54,322 nt of DNA from an uncultured Chlamydiae bacterium (GCA_963830365.1 CAWHMU010000003.1:1-54322), one strand, 5' to 3'. Positions 1-12,265 are shown, numbered from the stretch's first letter. Notes: a model not told the origin generated them from the letters alone. Translations and numbers: made by a program.

Positions 1-249
1 CAGTTCAGATTTAGTCTGCAACTGGACTACATGAAGACGGAATTGCTAGTAATGGCAGGTCAGCAACACTGCCGTGAATACGTTCCCGGGTCTGTACACA
101 CCGCCCGTCACATCATGGGAGTTGGTTTTACCCGAAGCCGCTGGCTCAACCGCAAGGGGAGGGCCACGTCTAAGGTGAGGCTGATCGATTGGGATCAAGT
201 CGTAACAAGGTAGCCCTACCGGAAGGTGGGGCTGGATCACTTCCTTCCA
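1..249 (+). rRNA. rrs: 16S rRNA, 3' end (truncated by window start)
   Basis: Universal motifs GTACACACCGCCCGTCAC, AAGTCGTAACAAGGTAG and GGCTGGATCAC. Chlamydial-type GAATTGCTAGTAATGGC, CGTCACATCATGGGA and GTAGCCCTACCGGAAGGTGGGG. Confidence 0.99.
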
Positions 250-716
250 AGGACAAAGTGGTCAATATTGACTACTTAGGTTGGGCAGTTTTATGAGCAA
301 ACACATTGTCTTTCTATCATTGTCGAAGATCTTGACAGGCAAATGAATCAAGATTCAAATGCAACGCGCTCAAGTCGAATTGAGTGCGTTGCGTAACCCC
401 CCCTGGAGACAGCCTTTAACAGCTGTTTCCGGGTTATTAGCGTAAGAAATATGTAAAATGTGTAATTAATGACGTGCTTAGCACGTCACAGCAAGCGTCG
501 CCCGACTAAAATATTGGCGGCGCAAATGTCACTGAACAGAAATCGACGCTCGAGGAAAATCTTCATCTTTCCGGCGATCTAAAAGTCGTTGCCGGAACAA
601 AATCAAATGGCGTAAAATTAAGTAGCGATACTCGAGCAGCGACTGATGTCACGTTAAGTGGCTAAGGTCGCTGAAATAATCGAGGCTCAATTACAGCTTG
701 TAACTAAATAATTTTT

Positions 717-3658
<2,942 letters not shown>

Positions 3659-3860
3659 ACCTTTTTTTAAGGTTGAAGGACAAATATATAGACCAAGTCC
3701 GGACACCGCAGCGCAAGCTGGAAAGTTGTGGTCGCAAAAATACAAGAAATCACAAGTTGTAAGAAATGTCCGCGAAGCCATCTGATGGATGGAGAACTTC
3801 AAGCGTCGTTTTTTGCAAGTGACAGCGCTTAATTTGACTTGATTCATTTGCCAACTTTTT

Positions 3861-3976
3861 GCTTGGTGACAATAGAGAGGGGGAAATACCTGATCCCATT
3901 CCGAACTCAGAAGTCAAGCCGCTCATCGCCGATGGTACTGCACACAAGAGTGTGGGAGAGTAGGTCGTCGCCAAGC
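3861..3976 (+). rRNA. rrf: 5S rRNA, copy 1 (operon copy)
   Basis: GCTTGGTGAC...GTCGCCAAGC helix I; CCGAACTC, GCCGATGGTA and GGGAGAGTAGG motifs; ~200 bp after 23S. Confidence 0.98.
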
Positions 3977-3988
3977 TTTTTATTCCGT

Positions 3989-4023
3989 GCCCTAGCTGCT
4001 AACGCAGCTAGGGCCTTTTTTTT
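3989..4023 (+). terminator. Rho-independent terminator of the rRNA operon
   Basis: GCCCTAGCTGC-TAAC-GCAGCTAGGGC stem followed by a T run. Confidence 0.9.
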
Positions 4024-4368
4024 GCAAAAATTTTCTCAAAAAACAATCGTGTGCGAACGGACGATGCGGACGAGGCCGACAACGGCAGGCGGACGCTGCG
4101 GACAACCACGATTATGTCGAGCCCGTTTCTATCGAATGAGCCCGTTTCCATGTCAGTTTTTTTTTGCGTCGTCGAACACGCCCGCTCGTTCCATGCCAGG
4201 CAACCATGCTTCGATTAAGCAATCATCTAGAAGCGGCAGTTGAGCACTCTTTCTCATATTTAACTACGGCTTCTAGGATTATTTGATTTTAACAAGAAAT
4301 AGTGTGTATAATAAAAAGCGGTATAAGGTTGTTAATAAAATAGTTGCCGTTTGTTATATGAGGTTGTT

Positions 4369-5331
4369 ATGAGCTTAATATCAAATTCTGGTGCTGTCAG
4401 CGTATATGCGTTCATACCCAAGACTGAGGCAAAAGATAAGATTGCTGAATGGTCAAAACTCCAAACTGAGCGCTCTTTCAGGACTAAGAACTCTGCTCGT
4501 CTGGCTATTAGGCTTGTGAATGGTGAAGTCAAGCATGTGGCTATCAGATTGAGTGATAATGGAGAGTTGTTTGCTACTAGAGAAGCGGCTAAGATTAAAT
4601 GGTACGAGTCAGGTCGGTTTGTGCCTCTGCACATTAAAACTGCAGGGGGCCAAGATGGTTGGGTTAAAGTTAATAAAAACAGTTTAGATCGGCTTGGGAT
4701 TGCAAGTACCGAGCTGAACAAATCGATCAAACGTAATGCAGTAGAAAACTTTGTAAAAGATGTTATAAAAAAGGTTTGTAAAGAAATTCTTTCAAACGCC
4801 GTCCACTCGTTTAGAAATAAAAATGGTGAGCGGGTTGATCTGTTTATTGACAAAAAAAAAGCTGAATTCAGCGAAGATAAAGATCTATTCCTAAAAGCTT
4901 ATCCGGGATTCGGTGAGCGACGTATTAAGTTTTTCAAAAATGGGGACGCTTGGTTAAATCAATATTTTGGCAATTTGCAAACGCGCATTCAAAACAACAA
5001 TGTTCTGTATCTACAAGCTTTTATTGATGGTAAACTAATAGGCTGTGTTTCATACGCTACTAAGTGGAAGCAAAATGTTCCGGAATTTAAAAAAAGCCTA
5101 TACATCGAGCACATATTTATAGATCCAGCTTATGCAAAAACAGGCATTGGGAGGGAATTGCTTTTTTCCATTTTTAAAGATGAAACCATCGCATCGCATT
5201 TTGACTCGGTGGTAGCTCTAGTCGAAAGCGGCTCCAATGCAGGTGGCTTTTACCAAAAAATAGGCTTTGAGCCTGTCAAAGTTAGCTTTTCAGTAAAGGG
5301 GGCCTTATTCAAGTGGACAAAAAATATTTAA
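4369..5331 (+). CDS. Hypothetical protein with C-terminal GNAT acetyltransferase domain (effector-like)
   Basis: C-terminal LYIEHIFIDPAYAKTGIGRELL (acetyl-CoA motif A) and NAGGFYQKIGF (motif B). ATG at 4369 preceded by GAGGTT; ORF track starts at TTG 4351. Confidence 0.8.
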   Translation: MSLISNSGAVSVYAFIPKTEAKDKIAEWSKLQTERSFRTKNSARLAIRLVNGEVKHVAIRLSDNGELFATREAAKIKWYESGRFVPLHIKTAGGQDGWVKVNKNSLDRLGIASTELNKSIKRNAVENFVKDVIKKVCKEILSNAVHSFRNKNGERVDLFIDKKKAEFSEDKDLFLKAYPGFGERRIKFFKNGDAWLNQYFGNLQTRIQNNNVLYLQAFIDGKLIGCVSYATKWKQNVPEFKKSLYIEHIFIDPAYAKTGIGRELLFSIFKDETIASHFDSVVALVESGSNAGGFYQKIGFEPVKVSFSVKGALFKWTKNI

Positions 5332-5339
5332 GGTCGGTG

Positions 5340-5454
5340 GCTTGGTGGCGTTAGAGAGGGGGAATACCTGATCCTATTCCGAACTCAGAAGTCTAGCCGC
5401 TCATCGCCGATGGTACTGCACACAAGAGTGTGGGAGAGTAGGTCGTCGCCAAGC
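5340..5454 (+). rRNA. rrf: 5S rRNA, copy 2 (diverged, outside the operon)
   Basis: Matches 3861-3976 except 5 substitutions and one 1-nt deletion in the 5' half; 3' half identical. Confidence 0.95.
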
Positions 5455-5465
5455 TTTTTATTCCT

Positions 5466-5499
5466 GGCCTCAGCTGTTTCAGCTGAGGCCTTTTTTTTT
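5466..5499 (+). terminator. Rho-independent terminator after 5S copy 2
   Basis: GGCCTCAGCTG-TTT-CAGCTGAGGCC stem followed by T9. Confidence 0.9.
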
Positions 5500-5608
5500 G
5501 CCAAAAAATGGACGCAGGCGGACGATGTGGACGGTTGCCAGCGAAGGCCTGATTGCGGTCAGGTTTGGGTGTTGTGAGCTGTAATTTTTCGAATCTGGTG
5601 GCAGGCGG

Positions 5609-6766
5609 TCAATTTTTTTTAGCTGATTTATCTCGTTCAAGAAACGCTTGGATTTTCTCTCGATTGGCGTCATCATTCAGCCAGAATGACTCGTTCCCAT
5701 GTCCTGAGATCACCTGGTGATATACACCTTTGCCTTCAATAACAATATGCGTTGTTTCCTCTTCGTTGATATCATGCTGCGTTTTCTCTGCCTTATCATG
5801 CGAAGGCAGATCGATTTTTTTGCCTGCTATCGCCGCTAAAAGTTTTTTTCCATGTACCCCGATTTGCATTCTTTGATCCCTTATTCCTTGGGCTACGTAA
5901 ACCTGGCCCTTGGATTTCTTTATTTTCGCCACATTGTTAAAGTGTGTCCCGATTGTCGCCAGGGTTTTGGCTACTGTTTTCAGGTTTTTTGGCGCAGCAT
6001 GATATGACACCTCGCTCATCGAGGTGAAACCGCGATCGATGATAATATCGACTTCGTATTTTGTTGCCAGATTGCTGACGGCACCGCTGCCTAGAGAATA
6101 TCCCCAGCCGACAATGGAAGCTGGCAGGCATTGTTTTTCTTGTAAAAGATATTGATAAGCCGCCTCGACACTTCTGTAGACACCTTCTTCTGATTTGTTA
6201 CCTTCGCTTTTGCCAAAACCTTCATAATTGAATGCCATGACATTATGCCCCATTTTTCGTAGAGCGCTCACCATTGGGATGGCGTAATTTTCGTACGAGT
6301 TGTGGCTGCCGGTGCATAATAAAATTGTTTTTGTTGTGGGTTTTGTATTGCCAGCATCGAAATACATTCCTTCAAGTTTTGGGCCATTTCGGTATTTAAA
6401 TTCGATTGCTTCACCGCCCATCGTTGTTAGCGCTTTGCGTTTGTCCATATTAATTGCTTTAATCTCATCTTCTCTTCCTAGCGTTTTGTCGCCAATCCAA
6501 CCAGAAATACGACGTTGGATTAAATATGAAAGGATGGCTAAGGGAAACACGCAGAATTTTGCCAAATAGACCACGCCAGTCAATATTTTTTGTGCAGCCT
6601 TTGTCTTTGGTTTTATTAAAATTGCCACTGCGACGTCGCTAATTTTTCCAACACTGGGATTGTCTTTAGAAACGCCTTGTTGGCTAAGATTGTCTTGATA
6701 GCCAAAGACACCCGCTGGGTAAGCGACAATTTTTTGTGGGTTAACGGGTTCGTTTTGCATATTCAT
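5609..6766 (-). CDS. Alpha/beta hydrolase (ABHD17/BEM46-like) with N-terminal hydrophobic segment
   Basis: Nucleophile elbow GYSLG; FNYEGFGKSEG...EAAYQYL segment typical of this group; candidate Asp (GIRD) and His (SGH); hydrophobic GVVYLAKFCVFPLAILSYLI. Confidence 0.85.
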   Translation of the reverse strand: MNMQNEPVNPQKIVAYPAGVFGYQDNLSQQGVSKDNPSVGKISDVAVAILIKPKTKAAQKILTGVVYLAKFCVFPLAILSYLIQRRISGWIGDKTLGREDEIKAINMDKRKALTTMGGEAIEFKYRNGPKLEGMYFDAGNTKPTTKTILLCTGSHNSYENYAIPMVSALRKMGHNVMAFNYEGFGKSEGNKSEEGVYRSVEAAYQYLLQEKQCLPASIVGWGYSLGSGAVSNLATKYEVDIIIDRGFTSMSEVSYHAAPKNLKTVAKTLATIGTHFNNVAKIKKSKGQVYVAQGIRDQRMQIGVHGKKLLAAIAGKKIDLPSHDKAEKTQHDINEEETTHIVIEGKGVYHQVISGHGNESFWLNDDANREKIQAFLERDKSAKKN

Positions 6767-7193
6767 TTGAAAACCCCTAAATCTTTTAATGTTATTTAAA
6801 AGCTCATGAATCTTTTAGTGTTATTATAGTTTGCGTGTTATTAATTGTAAATCGTAGAAGGTGGTTGTTTTTAATTTCTTTTATCTAAATTCCAGATTAT
6901 GGTGTTTGGTTTAGCCTTAGCTACGGCTTAACATTTTTAGTACTGATTACCAGAAGCTTACGCTATGTGGCTGCACGCTTCTGTCATATTCACGGCAAAC
7001 TCAAGCTTTTGTACTGGAGAATAAACTAGCCGCAGTTAAGCCACTACCCATGCAAACTGCCGAATCTTTTAATCAACACACCGTGTCCAGCGGTGGCCCA
7101 ATTTTCCCCAGCATCCCATTTTGACATCTTTATCTTTTCTTAACCGAAATGATTTACCATAGAGCTCCATAACCACCCAAGGCTTAAGGGGAA

Positions 7194-8297
7194 ATGATGA
7201 CAACCATGCTAGATACAATCAATTGGCAGCGTGTCGGACGTTTTGAACTGACGGTGCCGAAAGAACTCAGTCCAAGCTATGACAAAATTTCAGGACAGCT
7301 TTACCTCAGCCGGCGCGGCTATATGTATGCGACGGTATCAAAGCCTGTGGTCTGGTTGAAATTTCTGGGCTTGGCGCTGGCGCTGCCTTTTGTGGGGGTC
7401 GCCAAGAAAATCGGTGAGCTTGTGCAGCGCTGTTTTGGCGAGCATGCATGCAGCAAGGGCTTGCATGATTTGAAGCATACATTCCATTTGGCGGGGATTG
7501 CCTTTAAGGCTGTAATTACAGGATCCATTTTTGAGCGTGTGGAAGAGTTTGCCTTGGCTGAGCTTGATTACAATAGCAAGAGCCGAGAGCAGGAGCTGGA
7601 TAAACCTCGTTCGTATAGGTTTGAGGAGGGTGTTTATGTGGCGCGTTGTATGCAGCCGCTGTTTCACGAGAAGCAATATATGGCCCCTAAGCTGGCGTCG
7701 GATAAATTGGCTGCTTTACAAGGCGAGCACAAACAGTTGCAAGCCAAGCAACCGCGGCTGATAAAACTGCAAAAGACGCTGCAGCGCGTGCTGGCAGCCA
7801 AAGAAGCGCTGCCGCCAGCCACTGAGCCGGTAGAGAAGGCTTCCTGTTTGCGTCAGGGCGGCATACTCGAAGGGCTGTACCACACCGTATCCTCTTTAGC
7901 CAGCTATGTGCTGCCGGTTTCAGATGAAGAGAAATACAAGGATTGCAGTCTTGAAGAAATCGCCGAGGAGTTGCAGCATGTCGGGGTTGATTTGTTAGAG
8001 GTCGAACGCGATTTGCTGGCTGTGCAAAACAAGATCGACGGCACCGAGCTCTTAATCCATCTGGCCAAGCGCTGCCAAAAATATGCGGTGCATGCCATCT
8101 TTAAGCAGCAATGTGTTCCTAAAGGGGAAGTCGTTGACGAATGCAAAGTCTGCGATCAGACCTGCTACCGGCATGAGCAGATTTGCGGTTTGGTGCATAA
8201 AGTCGATTGCTGTGCCACGCGTTGCTGGGCCCTGGATTGTTTCTTTTGCATTTGCTGTTTCTGGCCGGAAGGGCGCCATTGCTGCATGATCAGCTAA
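7194..8297 (+). CDS. Hypothetical protein with hydrophobic helix, coiled coil and Cys-rich C-terminus ending CMIS
   Basis: 367-aa ORF; WLKFLGLALALPFVGV segment; heptad-rich middle; 14 Cys in the last 61 residues. Confidence 0.75.
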   Translation: MMTTMLDTINWQRVGRFELTVPKELSPSYDKISGQLYLSRRGYMYATVSKPVVWLKFLGLALALPFVGVAKKIGELVQRCFGEHACSKGLHDLKHTFHLAGIAFKAVITGSIFERVEEFALAELDYNSKSREQELDKPRSYRFEEGVYVARCMQPLFHEKQYMAPKLASDKLAALQGEHKQLQAKQPRLIKLQKTLQRVLAAKEALPPATEPVEKASCLRQGGILEGLYHTVSSLASYVLPVSDEEKYKDCSLEEIAEELQHVGVDLLEVERDLLAVQNKIDGTELLIHLAKRCQKYAVHAIFKQQCVPKGEVVDECKVCDQTCYRHEQICGLVHKVDCCATRCWALDCFFCICCFWPEGRHCCMIS

Positions 8298-8370
8298 AAA
8301 AATAGATCGCCGATGGACAAAAAATACTTGTGTAGACAACATGAGCTTACTGTTTTATTTAAGAGGTTAT

Positions 8371-9564
8371 ATGTCGTTGCGCAAGGTATGCCTGCTTACC
8401 AACTATAATTTATATGAGTCGAAGCGCTATTTCACCGAAAAGCTGGCTGAAGCCATGCAGCGGCATGGCATAGACACAAGGATCGTGGATGCCCGGCAGG
8501 CGGCTTTGGATGCCGAGACCATCGCCGCCATGCACCGCTTTGCGCCGGATTTCACCTGTTCTTTCAATAGTTTTGAAAAGACGAGTGCCGATGGACGCTA
8601 TTTGTGGGATTTTTTAAAGATCCCGCATGTCTCGTTTCTGGTCGATCCTTCCTTTTATTCCACTACCCTGACAGGCAGTCCCTTTTCCATCATTTCATGT
8701 GTCGACCGCAACGACTGCGAGGTGATACGGGCGAGCGGCTTTGAGAATGTTTTTTTCTGGCCGCATGCCGTGGAGCGCGAGCTTGCGCCGGACGCCAAGG
8801 TAGAAAGAATTTATGATGTCGTGCTTATGGGCAGCTGCTACGACTATGAGAGCCTGCGCCTTTCGTGGCAGCAACGTCAGCCGGCTACGCTTAATCGAAT
8901 GATGGATAATGCTATCGACATGGTTATGTCGGATGATACCATCCCGGTGGCCCAGGCGCTGGTAAAAGCTTGGAATGCTGCGGCTATCGATCCGCAGGGG
9001 GTCGATTTTGTCTCCCTCTATAACTATCTGGATACCTATACCCGCGGCAAAGACCGCATAGATTTGATCCGTGCCATCAAAAATGCCCGTGTGCATGTCT
9101 TTGGCGAGCTTGCGCCCGATAATGCCGTCGGGATTTTGAGCTGGCCGCAATATTTGGGCGCGCAGTCCAATGTGACGCTTCATCCGTCGGTGCCTTTCGG
9201 CGCCTCCATGGATATTTTGAAGCGCGCTAAAATCGTATTGAACAGCATGCCCTTTTTTCGCGACGGTTCGCATGAACGCATTTTCACGGCATTGGCCTGC
9301 GGCGCGCTGCCCTGCACCAGTGAAAGCAAGTATTTGCATGAGCAGTTTAAGGAGGGTGAAGAGCTTGTTTTTTATCGTGTAGGGCATAAGGACGAAGCCA
9401 ATGCTTGCATTGAGGCCTTACTGGCCGATGAAGGAAAGCGTAAAGCCGCCGCCGCCAAAGGGCGGGAAAAAGTCATGCAGCACCATACCTGGGACAGCCG
9501 CGTGCAGGAGCTGATGAGGGTATTGCCTCCTATGCTGGCAAGGATTGGAAATCGAACGGACTAG
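8371..9564 (+). CDS. Glycosyltransferase, CgeB/Glyco_trans_1_2 type
   Basis: KIVLNSMPFFRDGSHERIFTALACGA...GREKVMQHHTWDSRV C-terminal domain; ATG 8371 preceded by GAGGTT. Confidence 0.85.
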   Translation: MSLRKVCLLTNYNLYESKRYFTEKLAEAMQRHGIDTRIVDARQAALDAETIAAMHRFAPDFTCSFNSFEKTSADGRYLWDFLKIPHVSFLVDPSFYSTTLTGSPFSIISCVDRNDCEVIRASGFENVFFWPHAVERELAPDAKVERIYDVVLMGSCYDYESLRLSWQQRQPATLNRMMDNAIDMVMSDDTIPVAQALVKAWNAAAIDPQGVDFVSLYNYLDTYTRGKDRIDLIRAIKNARVHVFGELAPDNAVGILSWPQYLGAQSNVTLHPSVPFGASMDILKRAKIVLNSMPFFRDGSHERIFTALACGALPCTSESKYLHEQFKEGEELVFYRVGHKDEANACIEALLADEGKRKAAAAKGREKVMQHHTWDSRVQELMRVLPPMLARIGNRTD

Positions 9565-9583
9565 ATACATGTAAAGGAAGCAT

Positions 9584-10423
9584 ATGCAGGCTGATGGGAA
9601 TGAAGAAATGAAAACCCCCTGGTTTCTGGATTGCTATTGCCGTATGGGGCGAGATTTGGATGTCGGCAGCGGGCATAGGAAGTCGCTTGAGAAAATACTG
9701 GAGCATATCAATGAGCTCGTGGCATCGTATGTCGATATTAGAAAGCATGCGCAAGTTTTAAATGCCGGCTGCGGCATTAGCACCAGCGCTCTTTTTTTAT
9801 CCCAGCACTATGACTGTCATGTGACGGGCATCTGCTTGAGTGAGGAGCATATAAAGCTTGCCCGTGCCGAGGCGCAGCAGAAGGGGCGTTCTGCCTGGGT
9901 CGATTTTCAATTGCGGGACTTTTGCCACACGCATTTTATCGACACGAGTTTTGACGCGGTGTGGGGGGTGGAAAGCGTTTGCTATGGGGGCAAAGTCGAT
10001 CGGTTTATGTGCGAAGCACACCGCATTCTAAAGGATGATGGACAGCTAATTATGGCGGGATGTTTTGCCAAGAAGCTCTCCTATAGCTATTCTGAAGCGG
10101 CCGAGATGCAGCAATGGCTGAGCGGCATGGAAGCCGATGCGCTGGCAAATACCGAGGCGGTGGTTGAACTGTTGACGGCCAATAAATTTGCATCTATCGT
10201 TTTTCATGATATTTCAGCCGAGATCATGCCCACCATCTCGGCAGCAATGACAGGGGGGCTATTCTTGCGTCTATGTCAGGCGCAGCTCGGCGGCTGGCTC
10301 GGTCTTTATCCAAAAGAGATGGTGGCATCGCTGCAACGCAGCTATCATCAATACAGGACCTGGCAGCAGGGGCTATGGACGTACGGCGTCTTTGTCGCGC
10401 GGAAAAAAGGCCCGGGCCTTTGA
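9584..10423 (+). CDS. Class I SAM-dependent methyltransferase (sterol/tocopherol methyltransferase-like)
   Basis: VLNAGCGI motif I; SFDAVWGVESVCY motif II; EAHRILKDDG motif III. Confidence 0.8.
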   Translation: MQADGNEEMKTPWFLDCYCRMGRDLDVGSGHRKSLEKILEHINELVASYVDIRKHAQVLNAGCGISTSALFLSQHYDCHVTGICLSEEHIKLARAEAQQKGRSAWVDFQLRDFCHTHFIDTSFDAVWGVESVCYGGKVDRFMCEAHRILKDDGQLIMAGCFAKKLSYSYSEAAEMQQWLSGMEADALANTEAVVELLTANKFASIVFHDISAEIMPTISAAMTGGLFLRLCQAQLGGWLGLYPKEMVASLQRSYHQYRTWQQGLWTYGVFVARKKGPGL

Positions 10424-10439
10424 GGTTGACTTTGCTGTC

Positions 10440-11732
10440 TTAGCTTTTTTTCATCGCCTCTAATATTTTTCTTTTAATTTCTTCCTGGGAGGGAAAGCCT
10501 CTAGTCCCGAAAGCACCGACTGAAAAGGGCCATGTTAAGATAATGTCATCAGACTTATCCTCGGGCTGGATGGTAATTTGAAGTGTTAAAGAGTTAATAC
10601 CTTTTTTACCCTCTTCTGGATCAGTTAAATTTTCTATTTGCACAGTTGCTGGATAACCATTCTTTGTTAAATAGTCTTCTAAAACGCCTCTAAGAGGGGG
10701 ATAGATTTCTGATTGACGGCTAGTCACCTTATCATAAATGTCTATTAAAAGATTTTCCATTGTTTCTTTAGGAAGTATTCGGCCTGAATCAACATGATCG
10801 TCATACAATTGAGGATGACAAAAGGGTATAGGCGCATTACTGATCAGATTCTGAGAGCCCGCAGCGCTGTCTTTATCTGCTATCGAATAAGTATGATCAC
10901 CTGCAAAAAAACCAAGAGATCGATACTGGTGATCTAACTTTTCAATAAATGCATTCGCTTGTTTTTGGGCATCGTTCCAAAAATTAATTGCTTCTTGAGA
11001 AGAAAAGGAAATTGGCTGTGAATCAAAACCATCAGTAAATTGATTAAAGCCTGCTGTTTTGTCAAGCAAGGCTAATGTTATCGGCTTTTTAAAGTCTTCA
11101 GCAGTGGGTAAGTTAATTTGAGGGTTTTCAATCGATTCTACTTTATAAGGCAAACTCACAACAATCTTATCATGCTTACCCCATGATCCAAGATCTATGG
11201 TCAATTGAAGCCTTTCAGTTACCACACCGTTTTCTGAAGTTCCCCCTGAGTCTTTAATTCTTTCACTCGTAATGGTCGCGTCGGAATAGTTGTAGGTGTT
11301 TAGATGGTCTTTTAAAGCATTTTCAAATTGAATCCTGGTTTTGGCTGCAGATAGTAATGTATTGACTTGCTGCAGTTTGCTTTTTGTGTTAGCGTTGCTA
11401 CATGCAGGTAAGATTATCCCGATAATTCTTTGCAACTTGCCGACGACAAGATCATCTGTAAAATCCTTTATGCCAATTTTTCCTTGTAAGTCATCTCCTT
11501 TAATTTTAGCAATTTGTGTGGAAAAGGTGATTTTGTTTTCTAGTCCCATCAAGCTCTTGATGGTATTCCAAATCCTGCCAAACAGAGTAAGATGTTCTAC
11601 TTTCCAACCAGTGTTTTTATTATAGACTAAATAATTATGCCCTCTAGGCCCTAATTTCTCGACCGATTCTCTGGCTAAAGCATGAGCCAAAGTGGTTTCG
11701 GTAGGGACTTTATTGCTGACAAGAAAAGACAT
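10440..11732 (-). CDS. Hypothetical AT-rich protein, effector-like
   Basis: 430-aa ORF, RBS GGAGGT upstream, no recognised family, internal ~80-aa repeat. Confidence 0.75.
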   Translation of the reverse strand: MSFLVSNKVPTETTLAHALARESVEKLGPRGHNYLVYNKNTGWKVEHLTLFGRIWNTIKSLMGLENKITFSTQIAKIKGDDLQGKIGIKDFTDDLVVGKLQRIIGIILPACSNANTKSKLQQVNTLLSAAKTRIQFENALKDHLNTYNYSDATITSERIKDSGGTSENGVVTERLQLTIDLGSWGKHDKIVVSLPYKVESIENPQINLPTAEDFKKPITLALLDKTAGFNQFTDGFDSQPISFSSQEAINFWNDAQKQANAFIEKLDHQYRSLGFFAGDHTYSIADKDSAAGSQNLISNAPIPFCHPQLYDDHVDSGRILPKETMENLLIDIYDKVTSRQSEIYPPLRGVLEDYLTKNGYPATVQIENLTDPEEGKKGINSLTLQITIQPEDKSDDIILTWPFSVGAFGTRGFPSQEEIKRKILEAMKKS

Positions 11733-12140
11733 AATACCTCCTTTACGCAGGAAAAGTTTGGTTTTGCATCTCGAGTTGAATCTATTATAACACTTATAAT
11801 TAATTTAAATAGTTTGTTTAATAAATGTTTATTTGATAATTATCCGGCAAATCGGTGCATAATAAACCTGGAAACGGCAGTTGAGCATGTGGAAATGTGT
11901 TCAAGATTCTTGCCTGCAACGGTTTACGAAAGACACGGACAACACCAAATTGGTGAGGTCCTGCCTTTCGTAAACCATTGCAGGCAAAAAGATTGGGCAG
12001 ATTTTCCATGGGCAGCTGCCGTTTTCAGGATAAAATGGATGAGGTGGACGAAGTCGACGTTGCGGACACAAGGCGGACACCTTTTTTAATCATTTGGACT
12101 CAGATTCGATTTGTATCTCCGCAAGCTAGAATGGACTATA

Positions 12141-12172
12141 TATACCACACGCGACTAGCCGCGTGTGGTATA
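12141..12172. repeat. Short TATACC...GGTATA palindrome (deleted version of 28446-28507)
   Basis: TATACCACACGCG-ACTAGC-CGCGTGTGGTATA; same ends as the element at 28446-28507. Confidence 0.8.
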
Positions 12173-12265
12173 TATCGGGTCTTTTGTTGGCTTCCTCAGC
12201 GACAAAGAGATGGGCTCCGCCAGCAAAAACTATTTTAAGACATATTATCAATCCAAAAAGGCGTG

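Noticed and set aside
4055..4200. GGACG-rich stretch after 5S (similar at ~5510 and ~12037) as an ncRNA
   Set aside because: It looks like a degenerate short-period repeat; no promoter or stable fold could be supported.
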